Assembly: GCF_964204645.1 (NCBI RefSeq)
Contig: NC_134034.1
Coordinates: 4,500,914-4,564,913, forward strand
Direction: 5' to 3'
Source of the DNA: Tubulanus polymorphus
Taxonomy: Eukaryota; Animalia; Nemertea
Length of the DNA: 64,000 bases
Part shown: positions 60,171 through 64,000 of the stretch, one piece after another
How the letters are laid out: each line of letters starts with the position of its first letter
How positions within the stretch are numbered: position 1 is the stretch's first letter
Position numbers and translations under genes: made by a program
Notes under the pieces: generated by a model
Databases searched by the model: none
The model's input: the letters and a program-made list of their open reading frames with translations, nothing else
What the model was told of the DNA's origin: nothing

Positions 60171-63100
60171 TATTGGGGTGATAAATTTGTAGTTTGCATA
60201 GAGGGAGGGAAGCCAGAGTTCAGGGCAGTGGCTGAAGTTAGTAAACAACCTACGTTGATGCTTACGTCGCACACAAGACACTGAATAGAAGATAGGTGAA
60301 AGTGACGTGAGTATCTGCGTAGGGTTGCTGGTTATAGCGGCAGCCTTGAGCTCTGGTATGGCTAGGAAGTAAACAAGTAATAAACTCGTGACGTATAACA
60401 TATGTAGAAGTATACGTCACGAGTAACATGAAATAAGATAAAAAGGGAGGGTCAGCACAGTAAGGGGGAGAGAGATGCTAGAGTGGCGGAGAAGCCTAAA
60501 AATACGAGCTGTAGGAAGGAATAAGAATTGTGCGGGAAAATAAAGAAAGAACGTAGACCCACGAGAAGAGTTGTTATTATTCCGGAGTCAGAGGGATATC
60601 ACTTATCGGATTAATCGGAACCAACAACGACAACACGAGGGGAGAACGCAACGTGGCCCCCACAACAATTGGTTGAGAAACTCAACTCCACAACATTGTT
60701 GGAGAACCGAAGGCAACTCCACAACATTGGTGGAGAACAGTGGTGTATCCTGCACCTCTCGCTGCCAAGCGATCGTGTATATTTGGTGAGTGAACAGGGG
60801 TGAAGTAAAAGTGTAAGATGAACGTTACATTCCGTAACCGTTATAATTACATGAAATACGGGCCGCTACCGCGGGTTAAGTTGAAATATTGCGGATAACT
60901 CGATCTGTGTATAAAAATCATTCCCGTCTGGATTTAATAGCTGTTTGTTTGTCTTATTCGAGAAATATGTAATCTTCATATCGTCAGATTCAGTTGAAAT
61001 GAATTATAGAGCTTCCAGTGCGGAAAGAAGTTGTTTCTTTCCATATTTAGATTAATTGAATTATCCGATTTGGTGTGGCGTTTTCGTAAGATCGTGTTTT
61101 GGACACTACGTTTTATATGGCAGAAAATTGGATTCACTACTCCGAATTTAGATTCGTCTGAATTAACGGACATAATGGCGTTCGGAAACGAAGCGATTCT
61201 GCGATCGTAACGCGATAAATGAAATACAGTGGGGTATTAGAGGCATTATACAAACGCATTTCATCATCGGACAGTTCATAGATCTGCTACGGGAAATCGA
61301 CCTTGGAGACGTTCAACGGACTACGATTGCGGCTTATAGTAATTGTAAATAATATGATATGTATTTCTGCATGTTTTGATTGCTTTTGTAGAATGATACT
61401 CAGCGTTTTTAAGTTGCTTGTGTGCTGGGTTATTGTATCTACGTAGATATAAATATGCACTACGTAAATCTTTTATAGTTTGCTAAATTTGCTGGATGGT
61501 ATTTCGCGAAAGAATGATTTATTAGTCTAGGTGAGCCACTCGGTTATCAGTGTAACGATAGTTGAAAGCGCTCACTGCCTGTATATACCTAACAAATAAC
61601 TGTGGTGTTTATGTGGTTTTAAGAAATATAATGAGTATCGCGAGTTAGTATAGAATATGTTTATTGTGCAAAGGTTAGATTGGGCGCTCAGTGGTGAATC
61701 TTACCGGAGGGGGTTTGAATAGAGTAGTTTATATGAGATGAATTAAGGTGGACCAGGGACCTGGATGAAGAGTAAGGGATGCTCTAGGGATGGTCCGGAA
61801 TAAAACGGGGGATTATAGCCCGAAGGATTAATTCTGAAGATCCTTTGAAACAGTATAATGTTTAGTGGCTAGCCTCTGGGAAAGATTGGATATATATGTT
61901 GGACATTATTAGGGTCGAATATCAAGAAATACCAAATGTTTGATTCGTCGGCCGGTTCCCTATTTATCCATAGATTTTATTTACTCCGGTAAGGCGTGAC
62001 ATGGGGGATGATACGGAAATGAGAAATGTCACGATACAGCTATTTGTTAGGTATGCTGAAATGGCCATTCAGGGGATTGGTTTTTTAGAAGTAAAGGGTT
62101 GCTCATTGCGTAATACAATAAGTATGATAAGTATTATTCGGTAGATTGGGTATCTTAACTGAATGGTCGTAGATTGCAGGGATGTGTGAGCGCTATGTTT
62201 TTTTCCGAACTTTCAGTCCGTCTTGACCGGTTTATATACAGGATGATGCGTCGGCCGTTTTACATGTGGGGTTATATCCCCTGATTTGCGGGAAGGAATT
62301 AGAACAATTCGAATATCAGATGTGGGTGGTTTGGAAGACCATAGGCCCAGGAGTTAAAGTTAATTTTTGAGAATCGGCTGTTTGAATGGCACTGAATGAG
62401 TAGTGTCCAGAGGAATTTTCCCTAACTTTTGGGTGATGCATCTTAATGAGTTTTGTGGTCACTTTATGACATCCTTCCATAAATATATGGCGGCCTGCCT
62501 GTCTATTTCAACGGTTCCAAGCCGCAAATAGCAGTTCATGTTATCCCTGCCTAGACTACGGATAAATGTGCTTTCTGAGGCAATGGGTGGGGACTAGCAG
62601 CTGACATCTCGGCGATTCGGATGTATCTGATCAGTATATCCATTTTTGCATAAATTTCGGCTCATCTTTATAAAATGCACTTAGAATTATTATGAAATTA
62701 TTCATTAATTGTTGAAGCTGTCTGTTGCCAACATGTGCTGGGCACACGATAATCAACTAAATGATGTATCTGGCATCTGTATTAATTTACGTCGTTGTTT
62801 GGGGTCGGGACAGGTTTGACAAATCATCTGATATCGGTTAAGGTAACGGCTGATAGTTTGGACAGTGGGAAATTGACATGTTTGCAATGGTAATTTTAAA
62901 GACAAATTAGGCTGCACACACTGATTATTTTTTTTGGTAAAGATAACGAGAACGAGAAGAGTCAGAAAGTTGAAGTGGTTGGTCATATATTGTTAAATTA
63001 TTAGACTACATAAATGTGGATATAGAGAAATGGGTGATTGTCTATGAAAGCTATTTGGGAAGTTGTGTTTGATATGTTTTTTTTGCATGACTACAATTGT

Positions 63101-64000
63101 ATAGGCTTGTTCTCATTAAATGTAAGATCAATATACAGATGTACATGCCTCATAATTGTTATATATTACTGATGAAAAGAGTCTCATATTTGATATTTGT
63201 AGATGATTGCTTTCCCTTAGATAAAGTTCGTGTGTTAAGTTTATAAGTATTTAGAAACTTTTTTGGCTTACCGTAAAATTCTATGGGGTCCATGTAGGTC
63301 TCGTTGATGAATAAGATGAACTGATGATGAGTGGGGTGTGTTGCTTAGTTTAGGTAGAAGTTTGATGTAGGATTGGATAATAGGGGAAAGGGTCAGAAAT
63401 TGTGATCTATGTCTACTTTACAGGTGTTGTAAATTGATGTACGGAATGGTGGTTGTGTATCATTAGTCTTGATGTTCTGAAGGTTTTGTGTAATTTTCAT
63501 TACCCTGCGGCTGGCTTTAAGTTGTTAGAGATGTTGCTTATGAATGATGTTCTGAAGCCTGTACACTTTTGAAAAGATTTTTTTTGGGAAACTACAATAG
63601 GGTCTTGTGAATTTTTGGCGATTGGGGACCAATCGTCTGGGGAGGAGGATAGTATTGGGGTGATAAATTTGTAGTTTGCATAGAGGGAGGGAAGCCAGAG
63701 TTCAGGGCAGTGGCTGAAGTTAGTAAACAACCTACGTTGATGCTTACGTCGCACACAAGACACTGAATAGAAGATAGGTGAAAGTGACGTGAGTATCTGC
63801 GTAGGGTTGCTGGTTATAGCGGCAGCCTTGAGCTCTGGTATGGCTAGGAAGTAAACAAGTAATAAACTCGTGACGTATAACATATGTAGAAGTATACGTC
63901 ACGAGTAACATGAAATAAGATAAAAAGGGAGGGTCAGCACAGTAAGGGGGAGAGAGATGCTAGAGTGGCGGAGAAGCCTAAAAATACGAGCTGTAGGAAG
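60171..64000 (-). mobile_element. Penelope-like retroelement derivative with identical direct repeats and a heavily decayed ORF
   Basis: 60171-60518 matches 63653-64000 and runs off the window. No TG..CA end. Minus-strand relics RY-DDL (~62820-62836), LIRYIRI (~62615-62633) and RINPSGYN (~61812-61836). Confidence 0.55.

Noticed and set aside
63500-63883. Secreted protein with signal peptide (also 60165-60401)
   Set aside because: Lies in a terminal repeat, starts within a hairpin and has no recognisable domain; probably incidental.
60171-64000. LTR retrotransposon
   Set aside because: The repeat lacks a TG..CA boundary at the visible end, and no PPT, gag or integrase motifs were found.

Overview
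AT-rich eukaryotic DNA, probably from a marine invertebrate (inferred from the transposon repertoire). It consists almost entirely of nested transposable elements, and no host gene is confidently identifiable. Left part (1-26.5 kb): a PIF/Harbinger element (Myb/SANT gene at 7.1-8.2 kb, transposase at 25.1-26.4 kb) split by two related animal-type EnSpm/CACTA elements. The first (minus strand, end at 7141) is broken by a CR1-group LINE. The second (8547-24760, TT TSD) is complete and carries a hAT transposon, MITEs and an RT-less Ngaro/DIRS-like SGNH+gag cassette. Middle (26.5-35.6 kb): an RTEX-like LINE interrupted by a second CR1-group LINE, a Penelope remnant with a hammerhead motif, and MITEs. 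35668-57606: a full-length but decayed Polinton/Maverick (6-bp TSD ATTGCT) encoding pPolB, penton, MCP, integrase, ATPase, an HNH nuclease and about six membrane proteins, with no recognisable adenain protease. It is interrupted by a triple nest (Helentron-type > pearl-like HINE > IS3EU-like). Right end: an AcademHP transposase remnant cut by a Penelope-like element. Most interesting signal: nearly every Polinton gene starts at TAAATG preceded by one of two fixed-spacing motifs resembling poxvirus intermediate and late promoters, and each TIR is itself a 410-bp foldback. This suggests an endogenised virophage-like parasite of a pox-like virus. All family assignments rest on motif recognition by eye, not database searches.
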